From Acidimicrobiia bacterium (GTDB taxonomy: Bacteria > Actinomycetota > Acidimicrobiia > Spongiisociales > SHLN01): a stretch of DNA of 64,000 bases. The number at the start of each line of letters is the position of its first letter. The first letter of the stretch is position 1. The DNA lies in NCBI GenBank assembly GCA_041619515.1, contig JBFKDW010000002.1, positions 53,369-117,368 on the forward strand. Direction: 5' to 3'. The translations under genes were made by a program, and so were the position numbers. Below are positions 1-10,510 of the stretch, in pieces. The notes under the pieces are model-generated. The model was not told where the DNA came from and made no database searches. It saw only the letters and a program-made list of their open reading frames with translations.

Positions 1-822
1 GCCCTCTTCGCCAGCGGTCTGACGCTCGCATTCGGGGTGATGCGCATCGTCAACCTCGCCCACGCCGTTTTCATCGTTGCCGCCGCGTACGCGGCGTTCT
101 TCGCTTTCGAAGAGTTGGGCATCGATCCGATTGTGTCGATTCTGTTCCTCATTCCGCTGTTCTTCTTCCTCGGGGTCGGGGTCTACTTGACCTTCTTCGT
201 CCGGATCGAGGGCAGCCCTCGATATGTGGAGATGACCGTTCTGCTCACGTTCGGCATCGCCATCATGCTGGAGGGGCTGCTCGGCTGGAGGTTCACGGGT
301 ATCTTCCGACAGGCCAAACCCTCGTACCTCACCGACGCGTTCTTTCTGGGCGACTACCTGATTCCGACCGGCCAGTTCTATGCCGCCACCCTCAGCCTCG
401 TGCTGCTCGGCGCGCTGTGGCTGTTCCTCCGCTTCACGAGGACCGGGTACGGGATCCGGGCCACGATGCAGAACCGCGCCGCCGCTCAGCTGGTGGGGGT
501 GAACGTACGCCGGGTGTCGGCGATCTCTTTCGGGATCAGCGCCGCTTTCGCCGGTGCCTCCGGGGCGTTCATGAGTTACCTGTTCCCGTTCTTTCCCTTC
601 CGCCACTGGCAATGGATCGCCCTGCTGCTGGCACTGGTCGTCCTCGGGGGGATGGGGAGTCTCAAGGGTGCGGTCGTCGGCGCGCTCATTCTTGGGGTGG
701 CGAGCTCTCTGGTTGTTGATCAGATCGGCCCGGGCTGGGGCCCGATGGCGTTCTACGCCGCGCTGTTCGGCATCCTGCTGGTGCGTCCGCAGGGCCTGTT
801 CGGCAAGGAGCTCGCCGTATGA
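1..822 (+). CDS. Branched-chain amino acid-type ABC transporter permease (LivH family); 5' end lies outside the window
   Basis: ORF continues in frame from nt 1. The region ALFASGLTLAFGVMRIVNLAHAVFIVAAAY matches the LivH N-terminal TM1 region. Hydrophobic multi-TM protein. Stop overlaps the next start (ATGA). Confidence 0.8.
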   Translation, partial: ALFASGLTLAFGVMRIVNLAHAVFIVAAAYAAFFAFEELGIDPIVSILFLIPLFFFLGVGVYLTFFVRIEGSPRYVEMTVLLTFGIAIMLEGLLGWRFTGIFRQAKPSYLTDAFFLGDYLIPTGQFYAATLSLVLLGALWLFLRFTRTGYGIRATMQNRAAAQLVGVNVRRVSAISFGISAAFAGASGAFMSYLFPFFPFRHWQWIALLLALVVLGGMGSLKGAVVGALILGVASSLVVDQIGPGWGPMAFYAALFGILLVRPQGLFGKELAV

Positions 823-1853
823 TCGAAGATCGTGCCGCCCCAGACGAGCTCGAACCCGACGTCGTCGCGGCAGTCGCCCCGCCGAAAGGTCCGGGAAAGT
901 CCCGATGGCTGGTAGTAGCCGTGCTCATGATCGGCCTGCTGCTCTTGCCGCTCGGCCGACCCGTCCTCGGCTCCTACAACTACATCATTCTGCTCGTGAC
1001 GAACGGGCTCATGTGGGTAGCCCTGGCGTCGAGCTGGAACATCCTCGGTGGCTACAGCGGCTACATCTCGCTTGGTCATGCTGTTTTCCTCGGTGTCGGC
1101 GGCTACGTGGCCGCGGTCCCCCTCTATTACCACGGTGTGTCTCCGTTCTACACGGCGATTGGGGGGGGACTTGTCGCCGTTGCGTTGGGGTTCGTCGTCG
1201 GCCTCATCACGCTGCGCACGCGCGGGCCCGCCTTCATCATCTCCACTATCGCCCTGTTGTTCATGTTCTTGCTCATCTTCGAGCAAAGCGAGTACCTGGG
1301 CGGGACCGCCGGGCTTCCGCTCCCGGTCGTTCCTATCTCACAGGATTGGCTGAAGGCGCCGTTCTTCTACGCCATGCTGATCGCGGCGGTTGGGTCGATC
1401 GTGCTCTCCTATCAAGTGGCGCACTCCAAGTTCGGGCTCGGGCTGCGAGCCATCGCCGAGGACGAAACCAAAGCCGAGGTGGCCGGCGTCCCCACACGCT
1501 TCTACAAGATCCTCGCCTTCGCGCTCAGTGCCTTCTGGGTGGGGGTGGCCGGGGCCATGTGGGGTTACTCGCTGGCGTTCGTGCGTCCCACGCTGTTCTT
1601 CACCGTTGCTATCTCCGCGCAGATGGTGCTGATGGCCATCATCGGCGGCCGGGGAACGGTGGCCGGACCGGTGATCGGTGCGGCCTTGATCGTGGCGGTC
1701 AATGAGTTCAGCCTTGCGCAGTTCGGGTCGAGCGAGATCAACATCGTCATCACCGGAGGATTGCTGGTGACCGTGCTGCTGTTCTTCCCGCTCGGCATCG
1801 TGGGTACGCTTCGCCAGAAGCAACTGCTCCCGGCCTTTCTCGACTGGGATTGA
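819..1853 (+). CDS. ABC transporter permease, LivM family
   Basis: Motif [24 protein letters not shown] is typical of LivM. ATG at 819 overlaps the upstream stop (ATGA). Confidence 0.8.
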   Translation: MIEDRAAPDELEPDVVAAVAPPKGPGKSRWLVVAVLMIGLLLLPLGRPVLGSYNYIILLVTNGLMWVALASSWNILGGYSGYISLGHAVFLGVGGYVAAVPLYYHGVSPFYTAIGGGLVAVALGFVVGLITLRTRGPAFIISTIALLFMFLLIFEQSEYLGGTAGLPLPVVPISQDWLKAPFFYAMLIAAVGSIVLSYQVAHSKFGLGLRAIAEDETKAEVAGVPTRFYKILAFALSAFWVGVAGAMWGYSLAFVRPTLFFTVAISAQMVLMAIIGGRGTVAGPVIGAALIVAVNEFSLAQFGSSEINIVITGGLLVTVLLFFPLGIVGTLRQKQLLPAFLDWD

Positions 1854-3331
1854 CCGCGCCCGCCGTGGGAAAGAGGATCACCCAGATTCGCAAGCTCTCC
1901 GACGCTGAGTCGTTTGCGGACCACCTCGCTCGGGGAGGAGCCGATCTTGGCTTCGAGCCGTCGGTCGAGTCGGGACCCGACGCACCCCTGGCACAGCCGA
2001 TCACGGTGCCTCTGGGCTCGGCCGGATCGAGGACCGTCGGGAACCGATTGGCCATCCTCCCGATGGAAGGATGGGATGCCACCCCCGACGGCAGGCCGAC
2101 CGAGCATGTCATTCGGCGCTGGGATCGCTTCGGAGCCAGCGGGGCCAAGCTCATCTGGGGGGGCGAGGCCGTGGCGGTGCGGGAGGACGGCCGGGCCAAT
2201 CCGAACCAGCTGCGCATCGGTCCGGACACCGTGGATGACATCGCGACCTTGCGGGCGGGCCTCGTGGATCGGCACCGGGAGCGGTTCGGAACCACCGATG
2301 ATCTGGTCGTCGGGCTCCAGCTCACCCATTCGGGCCGCTTTGCGCGCCCCGCAGGCGAACTCGCACCGCTCATCGCCTACGCCCATCCGTGGCTGGATCG
2401 GCGAGTCGACGCCACGGCGGAGAACATCGTGAGCGACGACGACCTCGACCGGCTGAGCGAGCTGTTCGTGTCGGCGGCCGAGCTCGCCCGTCACGCCGGG
2501 TTCGACTTCGTGGACGTCAAATCCTGCCACGGCTATCTCCTGCACGAGCTGCTCAGTGCCGTCGACCGCCCCGGCCCATACGGGGGCGATTTCGAAGGCC
2601 GGACACGCTTCCTGCGCCGCACCATTGAAGCCATTCGCCGCCGCGTCCCCGATCTCGGGATCGGGGTGCGGCTCAGCATCTTCGACCTCGTTCCCTTCTC
2701 GGCAGGCCCAGACGGGACGGGGGTTCCGGAAGGTCCGGGTGACTACCCCTACGCGTTCGGAGGGGATGGCACCGGCCTCGGCATCGACCTGGACGAAGCG
2801 AGCCGGCTGGTTGAGCTACTCGCCGACCTGGACGTCGGCTTGATGTGCATCACCGCCAGCAGTCCCTACTACTGCCCGCACGCCCAGCGCCCCGCCTACT
2901 TCCCGCCTTCCGACGGATATCTGCCTCCCAACGATCCCCTCGTCGACGTCGCCCGCATGATCGACGCCACCGCGGCACTCAAGGCGCGTCACCCCGACAT
3001 GGTCATGGTCGGTTCCGGCTATTCCTACCTGCAGGATTGGCTCCCGAACGTCGCCCAGTCGGAGGTGCGCAACGGCCGGGTCGACCTCGTGGGCATTGGA
3101 CGCATGGCGCTCAGCTACCACGACCTGCCCGCCGACATCCTCAGCGGCACCGAGATCGACCGGCGCCGGATCTGCCGCACGTTCAGCGACTGTACGACCG
3201 GGCCGCGCAACGGGCTCATATCCGGGTGCTACCCCATCGATGACTACTACAAGTCGATGCCCATACGAGCAGAGGTCGCAAAGGCGAAACGAGCAGCCGA
3301 GGCTGCTCGTGGAGGCGCCCGGAGAAAGTAG
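1850..3331 (+). CDS. Old Yellow Enzyme family NADH:flavin oxidoreductase (start uncertain: TTG at 1850 or GTG at 1865)
   Basis: Contains the OYE/TIM-barrel signature [14 protein letters not shown] and the LAILPMEGW substrate region. About 55 aa N-terminal extension and a Cys-containing C-terminal tail. Confidence 0.7.
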   Translation: MTAPAVGKRITQIRKLSDAESFADHLARGGADLGFEPSVESGPDAPLAQPITVPLGSAGSRTVGNRLAILPMEGWDATPDGRPTEHVIRRWDRFGASGAKLIWGGEAVAVREDGRANPNQLRIGPDTVDDIATLRAGLVDRHRERFGTTDDLVVGLQLTHSGRFARPAGELAPLIAYAHPWLDRRVDATAENIVSDDDLDRLSELFVSAAELARHAGFDFVDVKSCHGYLLHELLSAVDRPGPYGGDFEGRTRFLRRTIEAIRRRVPDLGIGVRLSIFDLVPFSAGPDGTGVPEGPGDYPYAFGGDGTGLGIDLDEASRLVELLADLDVGLMCITASSPYYCPHAQRPAYFPPSDGYLPPNDPLVDVARMIDATAALKARHPDMVMVGSGYSYLQDWLPNVAQSEVRNGRVDLVGIGRMALSYHDLPADILSGTEIDRRRICRTFSDCTTGPRNGLISGCYPIDDYYKSMPIRAEVAKAKRAAEAARGGARRK

Positions 3332-3549
3332 ATGGGGTCGCCGGTGCCGCCGGGCGAGAGCCCGAGCAGGGGGATCGCCACCCACCACCTGGGCGAGACG
3401 GCCCCGAGCGCGTCCGCCGGTCATCCTCGCGAGGGTGACGGCCCCCGGACCAGGGTCGCAGCCTCCGGGCCGCGCAGACTCCGACCGCGAACAGTTGCAG
3501 TACATTGGGGCGTACGTTCTGATCACCGACTCGAGGAGCCGAACCGTCC

Positions 3550-5004
3550 ATGAGTGCCTCCCTGTATCGCGACCCCCCGTCGGATCTCTTCATCGGCGGC
3601 ACATGGCAGCCGTCGACGGATGGCAGCACCTTCAAGGTGTCTGATCCGGCCACGGATGAGGTCATCGTGGCCGTAGCCAATGCGACGGTCGAGGACGGTC
3701 TCGCCGCCGTCCAGGCCGCCCACGAGGCGGGGAAGACCTGGTCGCAGACGGCACCCCGGGAACGAGCCGAGATCCTCCGCCGCGCCTTCGAGCTCATGAT
3801 CGAGCGCCGCGAGGACATCGCGGAGCTCATCGTGCGCGAGAGCGGCAAGAGCTGGTCGGACGCAACCGGTGAAGTGACCTACGCCGCCGAGTTCTTTCGC
3901 TGGTTCGCCGAGGAGGCGGTCCGGGCGAACGGCTCGGTCCAGACCGCGCCCGGAGGCGACAAGAAGATCCTCGTCCTGCTCCAGCCGGTGGGCGTTTCGA
4001 TTCTGGTGACGCCCTGGAACTTCCCGGCTGCCATGGCCACCCGCAAGATCGGTCCGGCTCTCGCGGCCGGGTGCACGGTGGTCCTGAAGCCGGCGTCGGA
4101 CACCCCGCTGACGGCACTGGCGATCGGCACCCTCCTCGCAGACGCAGGCGTGCCGGCCGGCGTCGTCAACGTGGTGCCTTCCCGGCGTTATGACGTGGTC
4201 GGGGCGATGCTCGATGACCCCCGCACTCGCAAGCTGTCCTTCACCGGCTCCACCGGGGTGGGCCGGACCTTGCTGGAGCAGGCCGCCCGCACCATCGTCA
4301 ATTGCTCCATGGAGCTGGGGGGCAACGGCCCGTTCCTCGTCTTCGCCGACGCCGACCTCGACGCCGCCGTCGAGGGAGCGATGGTGGCCAAGATGCGGAA
4401 TGCCGGCGAATCGTGCATCGCCGCCAACCGCTTCTACGTGGAGGCCCCGGTGGCAGACGACTTCAGTGCCCGGCTCGCCGAGGCGATGGCCGCGCTCCGG
4501 GTCGGACCGGGGCTCGACCGGGAGAATGACGTTGGGCCTCTCATCAACACCAAGGCTCGCGACGAAATCGCCTCGATGGTCGACGCCAGTGTGGCCGGCG
4601 GCGCCAAATTGCTCACCGGCGGGAAGGCTCCGGAAGGTGCAGGCTCGTACTACGAGCCCACCGTGCTCACGAGCGTCGACCCCACCGACGACATCCTCAG
4701 CGAGGAGATCTTCGGGCCGGTCGCTCCCGTCGTCACCTTCGACACCGAGGAAGAGGCGATCGAAATGGCCAATCGAACCGAGTACGGCCTGGCCGCCTAC
4801 GTATACACCGCCGACCTGGCACGCGCCTTGCGCGTTTCGGAAGCCATCGACGCGGGGATGGTCGGCATCAATCGCGGCTTCATCTCAGATCCGGCGGCTC
4901 CATTCGGCGGAACCAAGCAGAGCGGGCTCGGGCGAGAAGGTGGTCACGAGGGCCTCATGGAGTTCCTGGAACACAAGTACCTGGCGGTCGACTGGTCCGG
5001 CTAG
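3550..5004 (+). CDS. NAD(P)+-dependent aldehyde dehydrogenase (succinate-semialdehyde dehydrogenase-like)
   Basis: ALDH motifs VTPWNFP, FTGSTGVG and ELGGN(G)P plus the catalytic Cys region ESCIAANR. AGGAG lies upstream of the ATG. Confidence 0.85.
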   Translation: MSASLYRDPPSDLFIGGTWQPSTDGSTFKVSDPATDEVIVAVANATVEDGLAAVQAAHEAGKTWSQTAPRERAEILRRAFELMIERREDIAELIVRESGKSWSDATGEVTYAAEFFRWFAEEAVRANGSVQTAPGGDKKILVLLQPVGVSILVTPWNFPAAMATRKIGPALAAGCTVVLKPASDTPLTALAIGTLLADAGVPAGVVNVVPSRRYDVVGAMLDDPRTRKLSFTGSTGVGRTLLEQAARTIVNCSMELGGNGPFLVFADADLDAAVEGAMVAKMRNAGESCIAANRFYVEAPVADDFSARLAEAMAALRVGPGLDRENDVGPLINTKARDEIASMVDASVAGGAKLLTGGKAPEGAGSYYEPTVLTSVDPTDDILSEEIFGPVAPVVTFDTEEEAIEMANRTEYGLAAYVYTADLARALRVSEAIDAGMVGINRGFISDPAAPFGGTKQSGLGREGGHEGLMEFLEHKYLAVDWSG

Positions 5005-5405
5005 GCGGGTAGCGGCGGAAAAGTGACGACCCGATCGGGAGCGACCTTCACGATGACCCGCTCCGATTGAATCGGGTTCGGGTAGTCGTCAACGCCGAGG
5101 TACTTCCTGGCCAGGGAGTCGATGTGATCACGAGCCTCTTGTCCCCGGACGATCTCGGCGACGTGGCCCCGCACCTCGGAGTAGCTCCAGGGATTCCCGG
5201 CCTCCATGATCAGCACGGTCACGAAAGGAGCCCGTTCCAGGTTCTTGAACTTCGCCCGGTGAACCTCGGTGTTCATGACGATGTGCTCACCGTCCGTATC
5301 CACCCACATCATCTGGGTTTGCGGGTGCCCGCTCGGCATCACCGTGGAGAGCACCGCGTAGTTCTTGCCCTCCGCCAGCTCGATCGTCTTGTCGTCCAGC
5401 ATCAA
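5001..5405 (-). CDS. PPOX-class (pyridoxamine 5'-phosphate oxidase-like) probable F420-dependent oxidoreductase
   Basis: 134 aa split-barrel family signature (NYAVLSTV...HPQTQMMW). Convergent 4-nt overlap with the ALDH stop. Confidence 0.65.
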   Translation of the reverse strand: MMLDDKTIELAEGKNYAVLSTVMPSGHPQTQMMWVDTDGEHIVMNTEVHRAKFKNLERAPFVTVLIMEAGNPWSYSEVRGHVAEIVRGQEARDHIDSLARKYLGVDDYPNPIQSERVIVKVAPDRVVTFPPLPA

Positions 5406-5464
5406 TCTTCCTTCCGTTTGTCGTGATCCTCATCGAATGAGGCTGTCTCCACCAGGTTGCGTGA

Positions 5465-6346
5465 TCAACTCCGAAGATGTTGGGCGATAGCGCTCATATC
5501 GCGAGCACCGAAGCCACCACCGATCGCAGCCAGCGTCACGTCCAGATTGGCTTCTCCCTGATCCATGGGTGCACCAACCCGTTCAGCCAGCGCCATGATC
5601 AATTGGAGGTCTTTGGCCGCAAGATCGAGGCTGAACGCCACCGGCGCCTCGTCGGGGTGCAAGTACGCCTCCTTCTTGTATTGGACGAACGGAGAGCCTC
5701 CGGCGCCGGCGGCGAAGACCTCGTAGGCAAGCGCCCGATCCACGCCCGCCTTCTCCGCCAGGACGAGAGCTTCGGCCAGGGCGGTATTGGTGGCGTGCAC
5801 CAGGGCATTGACCGCCAACTTCATGGTGGCCCCGGTACCGAGCGGTCCCATATGGAAGATGCGAGCCGAGAGCGCTTCGAGCGCCGGTCGCGCCAGGTCG
5901 AGTGCCGATGCCTCACCACCGACCATGATCGTGAGCTTGCCGGCTTCGACCAGCCCCACGCTGCCCGACACCGGGGCGTCGATGAGTGCAGCGCCGGCGG
6001 CCTCAACCGGCGCCAGCAGGCCCCGAACGGTCCCCGGGTCGATGGTGCTGGTGTCGGCTGCCACCGTGCCCGCCCGCAACCCGGCCGCCACCCCGTCCGG
6101 GCCGGTGTAGACAGCTTCGAGGGCAGCGTCGTCGGCGAGACTGCTGATGACGATGTCGGCGGCGGCGGCCGCCTCGCGAGCGGTTTCGGCAACCCGGGCC
6201 CCGATAGCGGCCGCCACCCTGTCGGCGGAGCTGCGGGTCCGGTTGAACACGACGACATCGAAGCCGGTCCGCCCTAGCGTCGCCGCCATGGCCGCGCCCA
6301 TCCGTCCGGCTCCGATTACCGCCACCGTTTGCTGCTCTGACACCAT
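5465..6346 (-). CDS. NAD(P)-dependent 3-hydroxyisobutyrate dehydrogenase-family oxidoreductase
   Basis: Rossmann motif VAVIGAGRMG and the HIBADH/6PGDH NAD-binding pattern. Start taken at internal ATG (6346, MVSEQQ) rather than the ORF-track start. Confidence 0.75.
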   Translation of the reverse strand: MVSEQQTVAVIGAGRMGAAMAATLGRTGFDVVVFNRTRSSADRVAAAIGARVAETAREAAAAADIVISSLADDAALEAVYTGPDGVAAGLRAGTVAADTSTIDPGTVRGLLAPVEAAGAALIDAPVSGSVGLVEAGKLTIMVGGEASALDLARPALEALSARIFHMGPLGTGATMKLAVNALVHATNTALAEALVLAEKAGVDRALAYEVFAAGAGGSPFVQYKKEAYLHPDEAPVAFSLDLAAKDLQLIMALAERVGAPMDQGEANLDVTLAAIGGGFGARDMSAIAQHLRS

Positions 6347-6394
6347 GACTCCCGTCGATCGACGGCCCATACTGGCACATTCGGCCCAGGCGAC

Positions 6395-6408
6395 GGCAAA
6401 CGTTTGGC
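6395..6408. promoter_or_regulatory. LacI-type palindromic operator GGCAAACGTTTGGC in the divergent intergenic region between the HIBADH gene and the LacI gene
   Basis: Perfect core CAAACGTTTG centred on CG, AT-rich in a 68% GC background. Confidence 0.5.
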
Positions 6409-6465
6409 AACTCCTGCCCAATCGTGCCACGATGAGCACTGCCTATCAATGGAAAGACTCGAGCA

Positions 6466-7524
6466 GTGGCGGAACACATGCAACCATCGCCCCCGTCGGC
6501 GGGTGTGACACTCCACGACATCGCCGAAGAAGTCGGCGTGCATCCTTCGACCGTGTCGAGAGCACTCGATCCCTCCAAGGCGCACCGGGTGCGGGAAGCC
6601 ACCCGCGACCAGATCCAAGCGGTCGCCGCCCGGCTGGGCTATCGCCCCCACCTCGTGGCGCGCGGCCTGCAAACCGGGCGGACAGCCACCATCGCCTTTA
6701 TCGCCGCCGATCTCGGCAACACGTTCGTGACTCCCATCATCCATGGGCTGGCCGGGGCGATCCGGAATGCCGCCATGCTGCCGATCATCGCCGAAACCGA
6801 GGATGATCACGACACGTTCGCCGCCATCCTCGATCACATGCTGAGCCGGCGGGTCGACGGGATGGTGGTGGCCGCCGCCCGCACCGGCGACCGCGTGATT
6901 CTCGAATCGGCCGCCCGCATCGTCCCGATCGTCCTGGCCGGTAGACCGCTCGAAGACAGCCTCCTTCCGCATGTCGTCCACGACGACCGGCAGGGCGGCG
7001 AGATGGTCGCCGAGCACTTCCACCGGCTCGGCCACCGGACGGTGACACAGCTGCGGGGCCCCACCGACGTGGCGAACTTCCCCCGCCGGGCAGCCGGATT
7101 CAGTGACTACTGTCGCCGCGCCGGCATGGATGAGATCCTCGCAGCCGGCTGGGCGAGCCATCCCATCGCGTCCGAGGGTGAGCGGCTCATGCTTGAAGTC
7201 CTCGAAGGGGCCGATGAGCTTCCCAGCGCGATCTTCGCCCACAACGACCTCATGGCACTCGGTGCCCGTTCGGCACTACAGGATCGTGGCCTGCGGATCC
7301 CCGACGACGTGTCTCTGGTCGGGTACAACGACCTTCCCATGGTGGGCCGGCTGACTCCCCCGCTCACGACCATCCGGTACCCGAGCCTCGAAGTCGGCCG
7401 GGCCGCCGGTGAGCTCATCATCGAGCTGCTCGGCGGCGCCGAGTCCACAAGTCATAACCTCAGCCCGCAGCTCGTCGAGCGGGCATCGACTCGTGAGTTG
7501 GTGACGGCGCCCCACGACGCGTAG
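6466..7524 (+). CDS. LacI family transcriptional regulator
   Basis: N-terminal HTH VTLHDIAEEVGVHPSTVSRAL followed by a periplasmic-binding-protein-like sugar-binding domain. Confidence 0.85.
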   Translation: MAEHMQPSPPSAGVTLHDIAEEVGVHPSTVSRALDPSKAHRVREATRDQIQAVAARLGYRPHLVARGLQTGRTATIAFIAADLGNTFVTPIIHGLAGAIRNAAMLPIIAETEDDHDTFAAILDHMLSRRVDGMVVAAARTGDRVILESAARIVPIVLAGRPLEDSLLPHVVHDDRQGGEMVAEHFHRLGHRTVTQLRGPTDVANFPRRAAGFSDYCRRAGMDEILAAGWASHPIASEGERLMLEVLEGADELPSAIFAHNDLMALGARSALQDRGLRIPDDVSLVGYNDLPMVGRLTPPLTTIRYPSLEVGRAAGELIIELLGGAESTSHNLSPQLVERASTRELVTAPHDA

Positions 7525-7553
7525 ATTCAGGAAACGCCCGGCCGGGAGTTCCG

Positions 7554-9191
7554 ATGCCTTCGCTCGTACCAGACCTCGTGCTCCTCAACGGAAGGCTCGG
7601 CAGCGAGATCGCAGGCGATCCCCAACGCCAGGCGCTGGCGACGAGCAGGGATCGGATCGTCGCCGTGGGGTCCGATGACCTGATCCGACCCCTCATCGGA
7701 ACGAACACACGAGTCGTGGACGTGGGAGGCGCCCGCGTCATTCCTGGGCTCATCGACTCGCACATCCATGCGGTGCGGGCGGGCCTGACCTGGACCGAAC
7801 GTCTCGACTGGTCGGCTATGACGAGCTTGACCGAGGCCCTTGCGTCGATCACCGACCTCGCCGGGCGGGTGCCCAGGGGCTCATGGATTCTCGTAGTGGG
7901 TGGCTGGCATCCGGGCCGTTTTGCCGAGGGACGCGGGCCCAGCGTGGCCGAACTCGATGCGGCCGCACCCCATCATCCCGTGTACGTCCAGCTGCTGTAC
8001 GAGGAAGCATGGCTCAACCGCTCCGGCCTCGAGGCACTCGGAATGGGCAGGGAGGCTCCCGATCCGGAGGGCGGGGCCTTCGAGCGAGACACCGACGGCA
8101 CCCCGACGGGGAGGTTGCGCGGTCCCGGTGCCTTCGGCCTGTGCCTGCGGGCGTCCACCGATCCCTCGTTCGAGACCAGCGTCGCTTCGAGCCGGAGCTT
8201 CTTCCGCCACCTCAACGCCCTCGGCCTGACAGGAGTCATCGACACCGGCGGGCTCGGCATGACGCCGGAGGCCTACCGGCCGCTCTACGAGCTGTGGCGC
8301 CGGCGCCAGCTCACCCTCAAGACGCGCCTGTTCATCATGCCGAGCAGCCCGGGCGAGGAGGTCGCCCAGATCCGCGACTTCGTTCGGCACTTGCATCCAG
8401 GATTCGGCGACGAAATGCTCCGCCTCGTCGGCCTCGGCGAAATCCCACTCTTTGCCTGCTGGGACGCCGAGGGCGTCCGTCCGTTCCGCATGGCGCCGGA
8501 GGCCAAGAGAGATCTGAAGGAGGTCGTGTTGCTGCTCGTTCGCAACGGCTGGCCACTTCACCAGCACGCGATACTCGACTCGACCATCGGCGATGTGCTC
8601 GATGTGTGGGAGGAGGTTGCTGCCGAACACCCGATCGCCGATCTCAGGTTCGCCTTTGCCCACGCCGAGCCGATCAGCGATGTCAACCTGCAGCGGGTCA
8701 AGCGGCTGGAGGTGGGCATCGCGGTTCAGAGTCGGATGCCGTTTCGGGCGGCCGATTCGGCCCGGCTGTGGGGAGCCGAGGTTCTGGCCGAGGCACCGCC
8801 GCTGCGGCGCATTCTCGATTTGGGTATTCCCCTCGGCGCCGGCACCGACGCCACTGCGGTCAGTCCGTACAACCCGTGGTTCTCGCTGTGGTGGCTGGTA
8901 ACCGGCCTCGGCTTCGATGGAGCGCCGCCCCGCAGCGCCCGCCACCGCCTGTCCCGGGCCGAGGCATTGACCGCCTACACCCGCGGCAGTGCCTGGTTCT
9001 CGCATGATGATCACCGGCGCGGCAAGCTGGCCGCGGGGATGGCCGCCGACCTGGCGGTCCTGTCCGAGGACTACTTCACCGTCGACGCCGAAGCCATCCC
9101 ATCGCTGCGATCGGTGCTCACCGTCGTCGATGGCAAGATCGCCCACGCCGAGCCCGGCATGGATCTGGATGTGGAAGGAGACAAGGAATGA
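7554..9191 (+). CDS. Amidohydrolase 3 family metal-dependent hydrolase
   Basis: N-terminal DxHxH-type metal motif (GLIDSHIHAV), about 545 aa, YtcJ-like architecture. Confidence 0.75.
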   Translation: MPSLVPDLVLLNGRLGSEIAGDPQRQALATSRDRIVAVGSDDLIRPLIGTNTRVVDVGGARVIPGLIDSHIHAVRAGLTWTERLDWSAMTSLTEALASITDLAGRVPRGSWILVVGGWHPGRFAEGRGPSVAELDAAAPHHPVYVQLLYEEAWLNRSGLEALGMGREAPDPEGGAFERDTDGTPTGRLRGPGAFGLCLRASTDPSFETSVASSRSFFRHLNALGLTGVIDTGGLGMTPEAYRPLYELWRRRQLTLKTRLFIMPSSPGEEVAQIRDFVRHLHPGFGDEMLRLVGLGEIPLFACWDAEGVRPFRMAPEAKRDLKEVVLLLVRNGWPLHQHAILDSTIGDVLDVWEEVAAEHPIADLRFAFAHAEPISDVNLQRVKRLEVGIAVQSRMPFRAADSARLWGAEVLAEAPPLRRILDLGIPLGAGTDATAVSPYNPWFSLWWLVTGLGFDGAPPRSARHRLSRAEALTAYTRGSAWFSHDDHRRGKLAAGMAADLAVLSEDYFTVDAEAIPSLRSVLTVVDGKIAHAEPGMDLDVEGDKE

Positions 9192-9622
9192 GCCACCATC
9201 TCGAGCGAGTTGAGACGGCCGAGCACGATCCCCGATTCAACATGCCGTACACGCCGGCGATCAAGACGCGGGGAGGGACCACGGTGCACCTGGCCGGCGT
9301 CACTGCCGCGCCCGTGTACCACAGTCATCCTCATGTGGCATCCGAGTTCGATGACATCGCCCTCGACCCGGCAGACCAGGCAGACCAGGCCGTGCGGAAC
9401 CTCCAAGCCGTGCTCGAGGCCGCCGGGGGAAGCCTGGCCGACGTCGTGGAAGTGACGCGCTTCATCGTGGACATCGACCGCAATCAGGACGCCATCAACC
9501 GGACACTCGGACGAGCCTTTGGAGATCACCGGCCGGCGAGTACGACGGTCGAGGTCGTGCGGCTCGCGACCGACCCGCGTCTCGTACTCGAACTGAAGGC
9601 AGTCGCGGTCCTCCCCGACTGA
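9188..9622 (+). CDS. RidA (YjgF/TdcF) family reactive enamine/imine deaminase
   Basis: 144 aa with a RidA-like C-terminal segment (VEVTRFIVD...PASTTVEV). ATGA overlap with the upstream amidohydrolase. Confidence 0.75.
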   Translation: MSHHLERVETAEHDPRFNMPYTPAIKTRGGTTVHLAGVTAAPVYHSHPHVASEFDDIALDPADQADQAVRNLQAVLEAAGGSLADVVEVTRFIVDIDRNQDAINRTLGRAFGDHRPASTTVEVVRLATDPRLVLELKAVAVLPD

Positions 9623-9632
9623 CCCGTACCGA

Positions 9633-10346
9633 TCAGCCGAGTAGACGCCGCAGCTTGTTGCCACCGTCGATGTCGAGGTTGATCCCGTTCACAGCCGGGT
9701 TCTCGAGGAGAAACCGGACTGCGTCGACGACGTGCTCGGTGAGCACCGGCCGGCCGGTCGGAGTGTGCGCCAGGACCGCGTCGCGGACCACATCGTTGTT
9801 GTCCCAGTAGGGGCTATCGAGCACGACGCCGGGGTGCACCGCGTTGATTCGAATGGGAGCGATATCGAGCGCCAGGGTGTTCAACATCTTCTCGACGCCG
9901 CCGTTGACGCTGGTCACGGTGGTCGAGCCGGGATACGGCCGCTCCTTGGCCAGGCCGCCAAACAACACAATGGCGGCGTCTTCACTCATCCGCCCGAGAA
10001 GCTGGTGGATCGTCTCGGGATAGCCGACCAACTTGAGCACCGCCAAGGCGGTGGCGCCCTCGATCTTGAAGTCCTTGACGTTGTTCTGATCACGCAGGAC
10101 GGCGGGAATCGCCAGATAGTCGACCGGGCCTTCGATTGGCTCGAGCCCGGCGGCAATACCAGCCGGCTGCGAAAGGTCGACCGCCAGTCCGTGGGTGTCA
10201 CCACCGATCCGTCCGGCCGCCTCGTCCGCCCGGCCCTGATCACGGCCCGAGACATAGACGCGACGCCCGGCGTCGGCGTAATGCCGGGCGACGGCCTCGC
10301 CGATGCCCGACGTCCCTCCGATCACAACAACTGCGCCTTTGGCCAT
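9633..10346 (-). CDS. SDR family oxidoreductase
   Basis: Motif GGTSGIGEAVA (TGxxxGxG) near the N-terminus. Start taken at MAKGAVVV (10346). Confidence 0.8.
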   Translation of the reverse strand: MAKGAVVVIGGTSGIGEAVARHYADAGRRVYVSGRDQGRADEAAGRIGGDTHGLAVDLSQPAGIAAGLEPIEGPVDYLAIPAVLRDQNNVKDFKIEGATALAVLKLVGYPETIHQLLGRMSEDAAIVLFGGLAKERPYPGSTTVTSVNGGVEKMLNTLALDIAPIRINAVHPGVVLDSPYWDNNDVVRDAVLAHTPTGRPVLTEHVVDAVRFLLENPAVNGINLDIDGGNKLRRLLG

Positions 10347-10421
10347 GTTCACCCTCCGGTAGCTCGATGTGCCGGATCGCCTCACGCGACACCGACCTGG
10401 GATTAGCGGGGGGCAGTGTAA

Positions 10422-10435
10422 TGCAAGCGTTTGCC
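10422..10435. promoter_or_regulatory. LacI-type operator TGCAAGCGTTTGCC overlapping the -35 of the Liv-type uptake operon promoter
   Basis: Same motif family as the 17431 site. Lies about 75 nt upstream of the SBP start. Confidence 0.5.
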
Positions 10436-10459
10436 ATCTGGGCGGGCCGGTGCCACAAT
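10431..10459 (+). promoter_or_regulatory. Putative sigma-70-type promoter (TTGCCA, 17-nt spacer, CACAAT) for the SBP-livHMGF operon
   Basis: Hexamers and spacing read directly from the sequence. The operator overlaps the -35. Confidence 0.35.
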
Positions 10460-10510
10460 CCTCTCACCAGGACCGATACAGAAGTGTCGTGGGACCCATC
10501 AGGAGGAATC

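Noticed and set aside
10136-10510. Upstream extension of the substrate-binding-protein ORF (564 aa call)
   Set aside because: Arg/Pro-rich low-complexity translation. The AGGAGG SD plus lipoprotein signal peptide starting at 10511 define the real start, and the extension would overlap the divergent SDR gene and the operator/promoter.
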